Source of the DNA: Octopus vulgaris
Taxonomy: Eukaryota
Length of the DNA stretch: 64,000 nucleotides
Direction of reading: 5' to 3'
Assembly: GCA_951406725.2 (NCBI GenBank)
Contig: OX597830.1
Location: 59,892,001-59,956,000 of the forward strand
Part shown: positions 24,886-41,672 of the stretch, one piece after another
Position numbering within the stretch: position 1 is the stretch's first letter
Layout of the letters: each line of letters opens with the position of its first letter
Position numbers and translations under genes: made by a program
The notes under the pieces: model-generated
Database searches by the model: none
What the model saw: the letters and a program-made list of their open reading frames with translations, nothing else
Told to the model about the DNA's origin: nothing

Positions 24886-26119
24886 TGTGTGAGTGTGTGT
24901 GTGTGAGTGACTGTGTGTGTGTGTGTATGTGTATGCGCGCGCATGCTGTGTCTAGCGGGTTTGTAATCCGAGGTTTCTCTGGATTGAACACAATTAGGAA
25001 CAAAGGTGTTCCAGCCAGGACCACCTCGCATGTTGTATATTTGAACTGCATTACACAATATAGTCGCATGGAATTCACTAGTCTTGAGGGTTGAGGCTGG
25101 ACCAAAACAATCAAATAACATACATACATACCTACATACATATATATATATATATATATGTTTGTATATTTATATATATGCATTCTATGTATATGTATAT
25201 ATATACATGCATACATATACATATACAACGCACCCAAACACACACAAACGCATACTCTTATATATGTATGTTTGTGTGTCCTTCATTTTTATAATACGGT
25301 AGGGTGGGGCTTGAGGGAATTTAGTTACTATTTCTAGCTAGAAAGTCATGCAACCATGTAAAGGCCCCTTCTTTGCTTTTGTCTGTTCGGGAAGCTGTTG
25401 TTGACGTTATCGTTGTTGTTATTATTTTTTTTTTTTGTCGTTGTTGTTGTTGTTGTTCCAGTCGTTATTCTAGAAATGGTTTATACCGTCGCCGTCAAGT
25501 TTGTTGTTGTTGTTATATTAAACCCACCCCTCTTCCAACACCACAACCACCACCGCCATCTCCTCCTCTCCTCCTCCTCCCCCTCCCTCCCTCTTCCTCT
25601 TCCTCTTATTTCGCCATCTCAACAACGGCGTTCACTGCCAGTCAACCGTTCATCATTTTGAAGCCAGGCGTGACAGAGGCGCCTCGCTTGTATCACTTTG
25701 TACGTGCGCGTGCGTGTGCGCGCGCATTTGTGTGCGAGTGGGTGGGTGGGTGGGTGTCTTGTATCCAAATACAACATTCCTTTATATAGGGTTGTGTAGA
25801 TGACAACGACCAGTGACGATGTTGTTGGGTAGCATATTGGCGAGAGAAATGCTTAGCGGCATATTTCGCCTGCCGCAACGTTCTGAGTTCAAATTTCACC
25901 GAGATCGATTTTGCCTTTCATCCTTTCGGTGTCAATAAATTAAGTACCGGTGAAAACAGTTGAGTCGATCTAATCGACTAGTTCTCCCCCCCCCCGCCCG
26001 AATTTGAAGCTTTGCGCCTCCAGTAGAAAGGATGTTGGTAGCATATTAAATAAATGCATATTTCTCTCTTTTTCTGTGTCTCTCTGACGATACATACATA
26101 CATACATACATACATACAT

Positions 26120-26462
26120 GGTGGCTGCCCCCTCGTTATCGAGTATAGCCATTGCACGAAGCTTAATCAATGTTGTTATCGTGCAATGCCTGCGCAACAA
26201 GATTTTTTTTTAAAGTGAGGAAAGTCTGTGCACTGAGTCAATCCCACTCACTAAGCAACAGCAGCCATAATCCGAAAAGAAGAACAAGTCAACATCATCA
26301 TTAACCACTGAGCCGCAGGTTTTATATCGGAGTTATACCAGTTACCTGAGTTACCTTCTCCTAGAAGGATGCCCTAACAAAGGCTAGGAGTCCTTCACTC
26401 CCAATGGTTTAACCGCGCGATCGGGTATTCAATCCGATTATTTCTATGTCCCTGCGCATGAT
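26120..26462 (-). mobile_element. Family E non-coding retroelement, 5'-truncated, in (CATA)n
   Basis: Reverse complement of the 3' 340 bp of 54870-55419; (CATA)n on both sides. Confidence 0.9.
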
Positions 26463-26747
26463 ACATACATACATACATACATACATACACACATACATGC
26501 ATGCATATATACATACATACATACATACATACACACATACATGCATACATATATACATACATACATACATACATACATGCATACATACACATACACATAC
26601 ATTCATACATGTTGCTGTTAACTGCGATTTACAACAAGATTACGACAAAGCAAAACAATGTGATGAAATGATAAACTAATCGAAAAAGATGACATATGAA
26701 GACAGCTAAAAGAATCTGGACTAAGTTATAATATCGAACTGTAGTAA

Positions 26748-26965
26748 GGTGGCGAGTCAGCAGAATCGTTTGCACGCCGGGCGAAATGCTTAGCGGCATT
26801 TTGTCCATCGCTACGTTCTGAGTTCAAATTCCGCCAAGGTCGACTTTGCCTTTCATCTCTTCAGAGTCGATGAAATAAGTACCAGTTGAGTACTGGGGAT
26901 CGAAGTAATCGACCTACCTCTCTCCCCTGAACTTTCTGGCCTTGTGCCAAAACTTGAAACCGATA
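26748..26965 (+). mobile_element. SINE family B (alternative 3' tail)
   Basis: Family B head and body, tail GGCCTTGTGCCAAAACTTGAAAC. Confidence 0.8.
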
Positions 26966-27889
26966 TTAAGCTGTATATATAAATAGGATGAGAGAGTGGT
27001 AGGGTGGCAGACTAACAGACAGAACAAGTGAAAGACCGTGTATGTTCTAGATCAATGTTTCTCACCTGGGGTCCGTGTGACTCCAGGGTGTCCATATAAG
27101 ATTTCTGGAGGGGGTAGGTGTTTCCACGCAAGCAAATAGTAAATTGAGGACCCACAAGTAGTAGATTAAGGGTCCGGGGAAGCATTTTCCTTTAGATGTA
27201 TTTATTGCAAGAAACTGCAAGATTTCTTTCTCTATCGTGTAAATGCTAAGTATTTGACCGGCACTTGTACCTTTTAAGACAATTATGGGAAGAAAGGACT
27301 TCACGCACAAAGGTATGGGTGAACCCACAGCTATACAAAATAACATTTGCTTAAAAGGCTATTCACTGGGATTATTTACAATAAGCAAAGATGTTGCGGT
27401 AGGAAGGACTGGGATCACTAGGCGAAGCCGAAGAGTGGACACAGTTAGAGGTAACCTGAGGTGGGGAGACGATTCTGAGGTACAGAGGCCATTACAGAAA
27501 AAACCCCCAAAAAAAACAGATAAAGTAAATGAGATTGTGTACCTGAAGATCACTAACATAAATATCAGTGAGGTACTAACGAATGCTAACACTCAATGTG
27601 TAGTAATTAAGTAATTATGGTCAATATCAGAATTGTAAACTTTTAACTTTATTGGCTGCAAATCCAGAAGAACTGGTCTTCAACTGCAATTCTCGGGAAG
27701 ATTACTTGGAGTTAATCTAAGGACAGTCCAGATCGAGTCGATCAAAGGAATGCTAACCATAACGACTCTATTTTCAATGTATCTCCTCATTTGAGAAGCC
27801 AGGACAGCAGTTTCTAACCCAGGATCCGCGAACACAAGGGATCCACAAATGCCATACGGGAAGTCCGTGAACTTTCTTCAGAAAGGCGA

Positions 27890-28076
27890 GGCTGCGACTA
27901 TGCTGGAGCACCTCCTTAAATAGTTTTTTTTTTTAGTCGAATGAATTGACCCCACTGCTTTTTAAAGCCTAGTACTTATTTTATCGGATTCGTTTGCCGA
28001 ACTGCTAAGTCACGGGGACGTAAACACACCAACACCGGTTAACAAGCAGTAGTGGGGGTTCAAGCGCAAAGGTACG

Positions 28077-28141
<65 letters not shown>

Positions 28142-28307
28142 TTACATACACACAACACACTTCTTTCAGTTTCCGTCTACCAAATCCACCCACAAAGCAT
28201 AGGTTGTCCCAAGGTTATAGTAGAAGACACTCGCGCAATGAACCCGGAACCATGTGGTCACGTGGTTGGGAAGCAAACTTTTTACCACACAGCCACGCCT
28301 GCGCCTA
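27890..28307 (-). mobile_element. SINE family A, diverged
   Basis: Head, tail and (CA)n(TA)n centre. Confidence 0.8.
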
Positions 28308-28988
28308 TAATTATAATTATAATTTAATGAATAACCACTCGGTTAGATATCATTAATCAGATACCCATAGCTTTTTCGGTTGAGAAATGAAACGGAAAAC
28401 GGTTCAATTGTTAGTCGATTCTCTCTTACTAAATGCACAAGGCCTAAAATTTTGGTGGAGGATGCTTATCGAGTACATCGACCCCAGTACTTTATTGGTA
28501 CTTATTATGAATAAACAGTCCTTCGAAATACCTGGGCCCGTGGGAAATTTTATTAAAAAAAGCATCCTTTGTAGCGTGAAGTTTACTAACTCCTGCGCTA
28601 ATGTGTAACTTGAGAGAGATTTTGATATTATTTTTAGCCAGGCAACTAAGTCGAGTTGTTCTCATTTTCTATGCTTCGAGAGAACTGTCGACACTTGACA
28701 GAAGAGGATGACTGAACTCCTTGTCGTTTTAAACAGTGCTGCTATTGTTCGTACCATGGTGTACTTATTTACAGTTTAGTGGACTGAGCCGTTTTGAGAG
28801 TTCAGCATCCCAATCTCTGACAATCCGCAGGTAATACCGCCTTGCTAGTTGGTTTTCTGTCACACTATCAAATCAGCCATTCACGCTCTAGAAATGAATT
28901 ATGTCAGATAAAATTAAGTGCGAAAACAAGAACCTATTCCCTCAGCAATTTTCTGAATTTAGTGTGTAGGTGTATGTGGGTGTATGCA

Positions 28989-29090
<102 letters not shown>

Positions 29091-29709
29091 TATCAGCAGG
29101 GGAGAGTTACTGCTAGATTAATGCTAATTAATGATCCGTCTTAACTGCAATCTTTAGGGAATATACAGAAAAGACCTTTAAGTCTCACGACCGACCGACC
29201 GACCGACCGACCATGGCTACAAGCAACAGTAATTTCACTGCTGATGAATTTTCAATTTCAACTGAATTACAAAATTGATAGAGCTCTGGGTAAACCATCT
29301 TACGCTATTTGGTTACGGGCTTTTATTTTCTGAGTTCAAATCCAGCCGAGGTAAGCTTTGCATTTCATTTTCATTCGGTCGATGAAGTTACTTACCTGTC
29401 AAGTATTGCGTCGATATTATCCATAAACCCCGCCACAAGTCTGTTGTTGTTTAGCCCTTGGTCAGCCCCTGATCAAATAGGTTTTGTGGAGCACATTAAT
29501 CTCCATAACTGGACAGAAATGGAACTTTATGAAAATCGCTCCGAATGTTGGGTGGGAGGTAAGAATGGGTATTTGAGGGGCTTCTCTTGTATGAACTTTC
29601 AATATTGAAATATATTATCTGTCAATAATCGATCGTGGATTTTTGTCGCACGAAAAGTTTCACGTCTGTGATGTGAGAAATCTTGCACATCGCGCACACA
29701 AGCATGTGT

Positions 29710-29784
<75 letters not shown>

Positions 29785-29930
29785 TATACAACTACGCATA
29801 TATATACATTTAAATGTATATAACATGTATACACACACATACATGCATCACAACAAATCACAGCACATACCCAAAGCACACAGAGTTGCACTTGGTAGTG
29901 CACTGAAAGCACGTGATGAAAATAAGACTA

Positions 29931-31930
<2,000 letters not shown>

Positions 31931-31936
31931 ACAATG

Positions 31937-31977
<41 letters not shown>

Positions 31978-31978
31978 C

Positions 31979-32435
31979 ATTAAAGACAGAGAAGAAAATA
32001 CTTGTAGTCTAGTAAATGTAAGTGTTCCCACTGATAAAAATATATCTGTAAAGGAATTTGACAAATTAAGCAAGTATAAGGACCTGGAAATTGAAATACA
32101 AAGGATGTGGCATCTTAAATCGAGAACTGTTGCTGTTATTGTGGGTGCCTTTGGTATGATAAGAAAGGGTTGTCAGAAACATCTAAATAATATCCCAGGA
32201 GAACCATATCTCAGAGAAATCCAGAAGATCGTGCTGACAAATACTACCCACCTCCTTAGAAATATCCTATCAATTTAATTGCTTGTGTTATATTACATGA
32301 AGATATTTCGCTACTGCCCCTGCCACTTCCCCTCTCTAAACTTTCAGTCAAACTGTAACATCTCTTATCCTTCACTCTCCGTAGGACGGTGGGTGCATCT
32401 CGGCGAGTGATTGTTACAGATATACAGATTAAAAA
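31979..32435 (+). mobile_element. Second Dong-type 3' fragment in tandem
   Basis: KDREENTCSLVNVSVPTDKN... near-identical to the C-terminus of the upstream copy; preceded by (TAA)n. Confidence 0.9.
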
Positions 32436-32463
32436 TAAACAACAACAACAACAACAACAACAA

Positions 32464-32595
<132 letters not shown>

Positions 32596-32610
32596 CAACA
32601 ACAACAACAA

Positions 32611-32965
32611 GGGCACTCAGAGAGCGCAAACCTCCGCTAAGGCAACACCAACGTCCTCTCAACGATTAGCAAGAGATAGTTTTTAAAATGAGAATATCTT
32701 ACATAAATTCAACTGTTCTCACAATCGAGAATTCTAAAAATGAACCCGATCGCTCTAAAAAATTGATTTTAAAAAAAACGGAAAAATAATCCAGAATCCT
32801 TGTCCAGCATTGGATCGATCCCAAAATCTGATCAGTTCGTGCCAGTCATAAGGCCAAACATCCCTGAAAGTTTCATCCGAATCCATCCGGTGGTTCTTGA
32901 GATATCTTGTCCACGAAGAAACAAACACGACTGAAAACAATACCTCCGCATTCGCTAAGGTGGAG

Positions 32966-32968
<3 letters not shown>
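32611..32968 (-). mobile_element. Non-autonomous Helentron/HINE-like element
   Basis: Subterminal inverted motifs around CCTCCGC/GCGGAGG at both ends and a 3' stem-loop GCGCTCTCTGAGTGC, in T-rich (minus strand) flanks. Confidence 0.6.
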
Positions 32969-33018
<50 letters not shown>

Positions 33019-33029
33019 AAAAGGGGTCC

Positions 33030-33610
33030 CCCATAAGACATGACAGACTAGGGCAGTGCATCCATTGGAATGCTTGTAAATGCTACAAAATTAAATCTCA
33101 TCATAAGTGGTAGAGACACCATCCAGAGGATGGAGTAAATGGCGAGGGCGTCACCATCCTTTGGAACTTCCCAATACAAACAGACAGAAAAATTGACTCT
33201 AAGCGACCAGAGATTGTGATCAAGGACTAAAACAGAGGAACTCGTCTGTTAATAGATATGTCTGTTCCACAAGATCAAAATCTCTCAAGAAAAGAATACG
33301 AAAAGCTTTCTCACTATAAAGATGTCCAAATCGAAATCATAAAAATGTGGAGGCTTAGTAATAAGATAATACCCTTAGTAACTGGTGCGTTGGGAATGAT
33401 AAAGAAAGGAGCTGAGAAGTATATTAAGCAACTCCCTGGTAAGTCCAATCTCCGTGAACAACAAAAGATAGCCATGATGGGTACAGCCCATATACTATGG
33501 AAAGCACTCTCCATCTAAAATGGAATAAATGTGGTGATAATTTTAGCAGATATAGCAAAACAAAAATGCCTTTGCTACTCTTGTAATCCGGAGGATGCCC
33601 GGTACTAAGG
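33030..33610 (+). pseudogene. Degenerate Dong-type RLE 3' fragment
   Basis: VTILWNFPIQTDRKIDSKRPEIVI...DMSVP...GTAHILWKALSI; follows (TAA)n. Confidence 0.85.
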
Positions 33611-33721
33611 CAGCTGAAACAAAGTTATAATGAAAGGAATCCATAAATAATATGACTGAAACCGGTACTGAAATATTTTTTATAAAATTATTTTAGTATT
33701 TTCTACCTTGACTTTTTTTTA

Positions 33722-33782
<61 letters not shown>

Positions 33783-33801
33783 TAGATAGATAGATAGATA
33801 G

Positions 33802-33838
<37 letters not shown>

Positions 33839-34696
33839 CGTACATATATATAACTTTATATCCCTATTTACATACACACACACATACATAAATATATATA
33901 TAACCCCACACACACACACGAATCCATATATTTAGGAGGAGAGCCCCAAATAACACCAGAGTGGGCTAATCTGACTCCCCTCCAATTGCCTCCTTCTAAG
34001 ACATTGATGAAACGCAGGAACATACCGCAGCGACCTCTAAAACGTTTGCGACATATATAGACGTATTCCCGGATATTTACGTTACTCAAACACACCCAAT
34101 AATTAGTGTACCAATGACAAATTAAACGAAATACAACCCAGTAATTCATTATTTATGCAAATCGTACTTTTCGATTTAGAGAAGCCTTCAACTTTTGGAA
34201 TTATATAAACAGTTTCCAACAACCAGATGTCTTTATGAATATTTTATTTATATAGTGTTACGTTGCTTTCCTGTATCAATTGCAGCGCTACTCAGAGTTA
34301 CAATGGAAGGAGTTTCTCTTTCGAATAATACTTTCGCACGAAAGTAAACATATATACAATCACCCCGACACGCTCATGTATATATACATATGCGCGCGTA
34401 TATATTTATTATGTGTGTGCGTGCACATATAAATGCCTGTGTCTGTGGGTTTACATACATATATGTATGCGAACATATATGTGTGTGTGTGTATGTGTAT
34501 ACACATACGCACAAAGAGTTACACACACACACACACACACACACATATACTTACACACACACACACATATACTTACACACACACACGTACGCACACTCGC
34601 TTTCACACACACACACTCACTCTCTCTCTCTCTCAGACACACTCACACACATACACACGCACACACGCGCGCACACACGCACACACATATATACTT

Positions 34697-34727
<31 letters not shown>

Positions 34728-34808
34728 CGCACACTCGCTTTCAAACACACTCACACACACACACACACTCGCTCTGAGACACACTCACACACATACACAC
34801 TTACTCAT

Positions 34809-34845
<37 letters not shown>

Positions 34846-35318
34846 TCCACATACACACATACACACCCACGTATGTCTCGATAGACTATTTCGAGTTTGC
34901 TAAATGAAACAAAAGACACCGAACGGAAATAAACAGTGCAAAAGGGGTGACAAGTAATCAATACCCGATTGACAGGAATATTAAGTTGCCAGACAAGTTA
35001 TGCTTACCATTTTCAGAGAAAATCTCTCATAGGACTCATCTGGAATCAGGTGTAGTGGTTAGCATATGGATATGTATGTATGTATGTGTGTATGTATGTG
35101 TGTATGTATGTATGTATGTTTGTATGTATGTATGTATGTATGTATGTATGTATGTATGTATGTGTGTATGTATGTGTGTATGTATGTATGTATGTATGTA
35201 TGTATGTATGTATGTATGTATGTATGTATGTATGTATGTGTGTGTGTATGTATGTATTTATGTTTGTATGTATTTATGTATGTATGTATGTATGTATGTA
35301 TGTATGTATGTATGTATG

Positions 35319-35359
<41 letters not shown>

Positions 35360-36232
35360 CCATATATATGTATATATATATCCGTGTATATATATATATA
35401 TACAGACATATATATGTATATGTATATCTATATCTATATCTATCTATCTATCTATCTATCTATATATATATATATACATATATATATATACATAGACATA
35501 TATATATACGTATATATATACACACACATATATATATGTTATATATATATATATATATATATACATATACATACGTATACATATATATGTTTGTATATGT
35601 TTGTATGCATTTCACTATCCAGTTGTTGTTGACTTTATACAGAAAGAAAACAACGCTGTTGTTTTAGTGTAATGCTAATTTATTTCTTAATTAAATTTAT
35701 TACATCTACATAATTTTATATAAATGTTGTTTCAAAGCTGCACCAAAACTGCAATATGGAAAGCAGAGCAGTTGTTCTCCATGTAAACATGATGTACGTA
35801 TCACGTACAATTGGCGGCCATTCAGACAGCTCGAAATTATTGCGTGGGTGTTGGTTCAAGTGAGAGTAAGTATGTTTATGTTTGTTCGTATGTGTGTGTG
35901 GCTGGTTTTGTGTTTGTGCGTGTGTATTTGTGTTTGGGTGCTCCCACTTGTGTTCTAAAATTTCATCTCTAATGTTTGTTTTTAATGGATAAATAAATGA
36001 ATATGTAAATCAAAGCAAAACCAATTTTATCTCGATGGTAACTGTAGAATCAAATACTAGTAAAACGGTGCAAAACTGTACAGTTTCAAACAGAACTATG
36101 ATTGTTCTATGGTGTGTAAATGTGAATGAGAGACGCAATTCAAATATTTTTCTTGGAATTCAACCATATTGTTACGACAGTTACCAGAAGAGTTCGATCA
36201 ATATAGATGCTGTGAGGCTGGAAAATCTAACG

Positions 36233-36344
36233 CAATTGTGTGCAAACTGCGGACCGCGGGACTTTCCGAAAGAATGCCTCATGAAAAATTATCTTGAAAA
36301 ATTATCATGCGGCCCGCTTCTCGAAAGAAGGTTGCCCATGCCTG
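36233..36344. mobile_element. Short hAT-like MITE
   Basis: Imperfect TIRs CAATTGTGTGCAAACT / AGGTTGCCCATGCCTG; 8-bp TSD ATCTAACG / ATCTAAAG. Confidence 0.6.
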
Positions 36345-36599
36345 ATCTAAAGTGTCGAGACCTTGCTCTTCGTCTGAGAAAGGAGAGAAAGAAGGAGGAG
36401 GATAAGATGGAGGAAAAAGAGAAGGAGGAGGGGAAGAAGAATACGAGATAAAGAGAAAGGGAGAGAGAGAGAGAGAGAGAGAGAGAGGAGGGAGAGAGAA
36501 GGATAAAGATAAAGAAAGGGGGAGTGATGGAAGTGTTAGGAGTTGAAATGTTTCTGTGTTCTTATATCCATTCTGTAGTTTAGTTACGGTTGAGTTCAA

Positions 36600-36980
36600 T
36601 TTATTATGACTGAAGATTTGGGTATGAGACGCGTCTGTGCCAAGTTTGTGCCAAAATTTCTTTCGGCTAACCAAGAAGACACTCGGGTTTTAGTTGCACA
36701 AGATCTCTTTCATTGTGTCAAAAACGATGAAAACTTTTTGAAAAGTTTGCGTAGACCTCTGAGCAGGTATGGCCAAGCTTTTGGCAAAATTTGATACAGA
36801 TTCTCTGCTCAGCTTTCTCTGACATTGCCACCGAGACAATCACACGCTACACACCTTCCATCCAAGCACTGCTGTAAATAGTGGAAACGTTAAAACGTTA
36901 AAATATTAGTGTGTATGCACAGCAGAGTTCGAGGTCAATCGGTGCCAAGCGGCTTACTATCGCAACAGTCCAGATACTTA
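36600..36980 (+). pseudogene. Mariner transposase fragment
   Basis: MTEDLGMRRVCAKFVPKFLSANQEDTRVLVAQDL...NDENFL matches the mariner WVP(R/K)EL linker region. Confidence 0.75.
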
Positions 36981-36981
36981 C

Positions 36982-37012
<31 letters not shown>

Positions 37013-37447
37013 CAAAAGTGAATAATATTATTGTTAAAGGCGTGAAATTGTTATGACCTTTTTGAAGATAAGTGACGTGGAATTAGCAACGCCCTCTGTG
37101 TGAATCTCCGTTTGTTGTGTTTCTATCTAAATTTTTGAAACATATATATACATATACATACATATATATATATTTAGAGGAAAAGAAAGAGAGAGAGAGA
37201 GAGTTAGAGTATACAAGGAGTTTTTGTCAACTGATGTAATGTAATAGGTATGTACCACGAGTGCTCAGTTTCGTTTACCATTAAAATTCCGGCCTGAAAT
37301 GCAACGGAAAAATGTGGCATTGTGTGACTGACTACCGAAAGTGGTTTCTTTTTGACCCGGTGGTTATAGATTAAGATAAAAGCATGAAAAACCAAAACAT
37401 TTGGCATCACTCGAAAAAACATTTAATTCTTTTAATTTTAATTGCTC

Positions 37448-37542
<95 letters not shown>

Positions 37543-37581
37543 ATATATATATCTGTAATATAATATGTGACAATTATTCGG

Positions 37582-37630
37582 TTGCCATAATAAGACTCCG
37601 GTTTCGGCATCTCGTCAGTTATCAAGGCAA
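37582..37630 (-). ncRNA. Type I hammerhead ribozyme motif
   Basis: Minus strand UUGCCUUGAUAA CUGACGA GAUGCC GAAA CCGGAG UC UUAUUAUGGCAA: about 11-bp stem I, canonical core, GUC triplet, stem II only 1 bp. Confidence 0.6.
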
Positions 37631-37689
37631 TCAAAAAAGGGTCTCATTCATTCTTTTGCTGTTATACTATTACTATTAATATATATGTT

Positions 37690-37894
37690 CTTTTACTTGT
37701 TTCAGTCATTTGACTGTAGCCATTCTGGAGCACTGCCTTTAGTCGAAGAAATCGACCCCAGGACCTATTCTTTGTAAGCCTAGTACTTATTCTATCGGAC
37801 GCTTTTGCCGAACCGCTAAGTTACGGGGACGTAAAAACACCAGCATCAGTTGTCAAGCGATGGTAGGAAGACAAATACAAACACATAAATACAA

Positions 37895-37947
<53 letters not shown>

Positions 37948-38080
37948 CACGACGGGCTCTTTTCAGTTTCCGTCTACCAAATCCACTCACAAAGCTTTGG
38001 TCGACCCGAGGCTATAGTAGAAGACACTTGCCTAAGGTGCCGCGCAGTGGGACTGAACCCGGAGCCATGTAGTTAGGAAG
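37690..38080 (-). mobile_element. SINE family A
   Basis: Head, tail and microsatellite centre. Confidence 0.88.
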
Positions 38081-38770
38081 AAGGCACCCACACACACATC
38101 TTTGTATATCTCAAGGCAAAATCACACAGAAACACTGTATCTAACAATCCGTTGATGTATAATGCTCGGTGCGTCTTCACACACAAAATTTGTTGGGAGA
38201 AATTTGTTCTCTGAGACAAAATCCCGCAGCGAATACTATTCTAGTACGCAAGGAAGTGTGAACAATAACTATACACATTCTTATTTGGATCTTCGCTGCT
38301 TCATGTGCTTACACTGAATTAATTCCATATCAGTAAGCAAGCCTCGAAACATACCATCAAATGTTTTGTTTGTTGATTTCTTTATGGGAACAGAAGTTCC
38401 AATCACGCTGCAAATGACCGAGGCGATGTTTAACCATTGAGGAGACAAAATAATCTCGAAACACTGCGTTTGGTAGTCTGTTGACATCGTTTGCAACTAG
38501 TTTTTACACGTAACGTCTATAAAAAGGAATTTTACTTCGAGAAATGCCATTCACGTTCTAGTGTGTAGAAACATATTAAAACATCTACACATCGCTTTAT
38601 ACAAGGCGGTGCCCCAGCATGACCGCAGTCAAATGAATGAAACAAGTGAAAGAGTAATAGAATAATCGCTTTGATCTTCACCGCTTTGTGTGTATATAGT
38701 GAATGCATACCTATATACGCATACATACATTTGTATACATTCATATATGTATGTCTGTATGTATGTATGT

Positions 38771-39279
38771 TACATGTTCCATGGTCGGATCGTCGGCGAC
38801 TAAACCGGCAACCCCACCAAGCTTGCTTGGTGAGGAGGGTGTTTATTGGACACCCTGCGGGAGGAAAAACAAAGCCCGTCAAAGGGCGGAGGAACTCTTG
38901 AGAGTCAACAGCCATCCAATAAATGTCTTAAGGCTGTATCATGCGCAGGGACATAGAAATAATCGGATTGAATACCCGATCGCGCGGTTAAACCATTGGG
39001 AGTGAAGGACTCCTAGCCTTTGTTAGGGCATCCTTCTAGGAGAAGGTAACTCGGGTAACTGGGATAACTCCGACATAAAACCTGCGGCTCAGTGGTTACC
39101 GATGATGTTGACTTGCTCTTCTTTTCGGATTATGGCTGCTGTTGCTTAGTGAGTGGGATTGACTCAGTGCACAGCCTTTCTTCACTTTAAAAAAAATCTT
39201 CTTGCACAGGCGTTGCACGATAACAACATTGATTAAGCTTCGTGCAATGGCCATACTCGATAACGAGGGAGCAGCCACC
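38771..39279 (+). mobile_element. Family E non-coding retroelement in (TATG)n
   Basis: Highly similar to 54870-55419; same 3' end GCAGCCACC then (ATGT)n. Confidence 0.9.
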
Positions 39280-39357
39280 ATGTATGTATGTATGTATGTA
39301 TGTATGTATGTATGTATGTATGTATGTATATATGTATGTATTTTCTCTTTTATTTCT

Positions 39358-39750
39358 GTTTTACTTGTTTCAGTCATTTGACTGCGGCCACGCTGGAGCA
39401 CCGCCTTTAATCGGGCAACTCGACCCCGGGACTTATTCTTTGTAAGCCCAGTACTTATTCTATTGGCCTCGTTTGCCGAACCGCTAAGTGACGGGGACAT
39501 AAACACACCAGCATCAGTTGTCAAGCAATGCTAGGGGGACAAACACAGACACACACATACACATACATATATATATATATACATACATACGACGGGCTTC
39601 TTTCAGTTTCCGTCTACCAAATCCAAAAACAAGGCTTTGGTCGGCCCGAGGCTATAGTAGAAGACACTTGCCCAAGGTACCATGTAGTAGGACTGAACCC
39701 GGAACCATGTGGCTGGTAAACAAGCTACTTACCACACATCCACTCCTACA
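39358..39750 (-). mobile_element. SINE family A
   Basis: Full head and tail match. Confidence 0.9.
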
Positions 39751-40119
39751 CATATATATATGTGTGTGTATGTATGTATGTGTGTATGTATGTGTGAATA
39801 GATGGATGAATGTACGTACGCAGTACTAACTTTCTTTACCAAGCCAAAAGAATGTAAGAAGGAAATAAGACCAAGTCAACATGCAAGCCAGCAGCAGCAG
39901 CAGCAGCAGCAGCAGTTCACCGATTCTCGGTCTCGTTGACATTCCTAGACGTACGCCCGCCACAATACCAACATGCTTACATAACCAGCATCCGTCTCTA
40001 TCTTTTTGTTTTTGTTTTTTTTTTGGGGAGACACAGACAAACACGCCTACATACAGACACACAGACAGACATACATACGTACACGTACACAAACAGACAC
40101 ACAGACAGACAGACATACA

Positions 40120-40177
<58 letters not shown>

Positions 40178-40318
40178 GCTATTCAGGAATTATTTGTAAA
40201 CATCTTGTAAACTCGATGAAATCGGGATAATCTCATTCATGAAATATTTCAGGACCAATGCAGTGTGTATGTTTTGCTCGTCTGTCTGTCTGCATGTCTG
40301 TCTGTCTGTCTGTCTGCC

Positions 40319-40349
<31 letters not shown>

Positions 40350-40506
40350 ATGTATGTACGTATGTATGTATGTATGTTTAGATGGATGGATGGATGGATG
40401 GACGGATGGATGATTGATGGATGGACGTGTCTCTGTATGCGTGTTGTGTATGTTTCGATGTTCCCCCGCTCTCAGTTTTTCTGTGTGCGTGTGTGTGTTT
40501 CTGTGA

Positions 40507-40547
<41 letters not shown>

Positions 40548-41153
40548 TGTGTGTGTGGTGTGTATGAGTGTGTGTGTGAGTGTGTGTGTATCTGTGTATG
40601 TATGAACGTTTCTGCGAGTGTGTGTCTGTGAGTGTTTGTGTGTATGCGAGTGTGCATGTGTGCGTGTGTATGTATGTGTTTTGAGTGTGTGTGTCTATGT
40701 GTGTGTGTGAGTGTTTGTGTATGTGTGCGTTTGTGTGTTGCTTTGTATCCATAAAGGCGTGAATACGTTTGTGTAATCTTATCAACCAAGTATCTTTCAT
40801 AGATGCATATATACTTATATAGACACGTATATAAATATACACGTGTGTATGCGTGTGTTTGTGTGTGTGTGTGTGTGTGTGTATGTGTGTGTGTGTGATG
40901 CTACGTAAACATTACTCACGTATGGTTCTAGTAAACACGCACTTTGGTCTCACATTGAAAAGTAAACGAATGTCTGGTTGGTCCGCTGCGGAGTGCAGAG
41001 CCTTCAATAGAAGAGAAAAGAAAAAGAAGAAAAAAACAACATCATATGATTTCGTATCTGTGGCCAAGATCGATTTGACCAGATGCCTGTCTCGGTCATT
41101 GGACTGCGGCCATGCTGGAACACCATCTTGAAGAGTTTAGTTCCACAAATCGA

Positions 41154-41318
41154 GGCGTAGGAGTGGCCGTGTGGTAAGTAGCTTGCTTACGAACCGCATT
41201 GTTCCGGGTTCAGTCCCACTGCATGGCACCTTAGCCAATTGTCTGCTACTATAGCCACGGGCCGTCCAAAGCCTTGTGAGTGGATTTGGTACACGGAAAC
41301 TGAAAGAAGCCCGTCGTA

Positions 41319-41407
<89 letters not shown>

Positions 41408-41591
41408 GAAATGAAAATGCTGACAAAATAATTTAAGTAAGGGAGAGTGTATTTAATTAGGTGAAAGTTCTTTTTACCGGTTGCGCATTTGTTATGCTTA
41501 TCAAAAGATATTTTTTAAAGAGAGATAGAGTTCCTTTCTGATAGATTTTTTTCTCTTACTTAAATTATTTTGTCAGCATTTTCTTCATTTC

Positions 41592-41672
<81 letters not shown>

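Noticed and set aside
27340-27805. APE endonuclease remnant or coding exon
   Set aside because: No diagnostic motif recovered in any frame I read
29225-29270. Hammerhead at CTGATGA (about 29241)
   Set aside because: No GAAA or stem II/III in the right position
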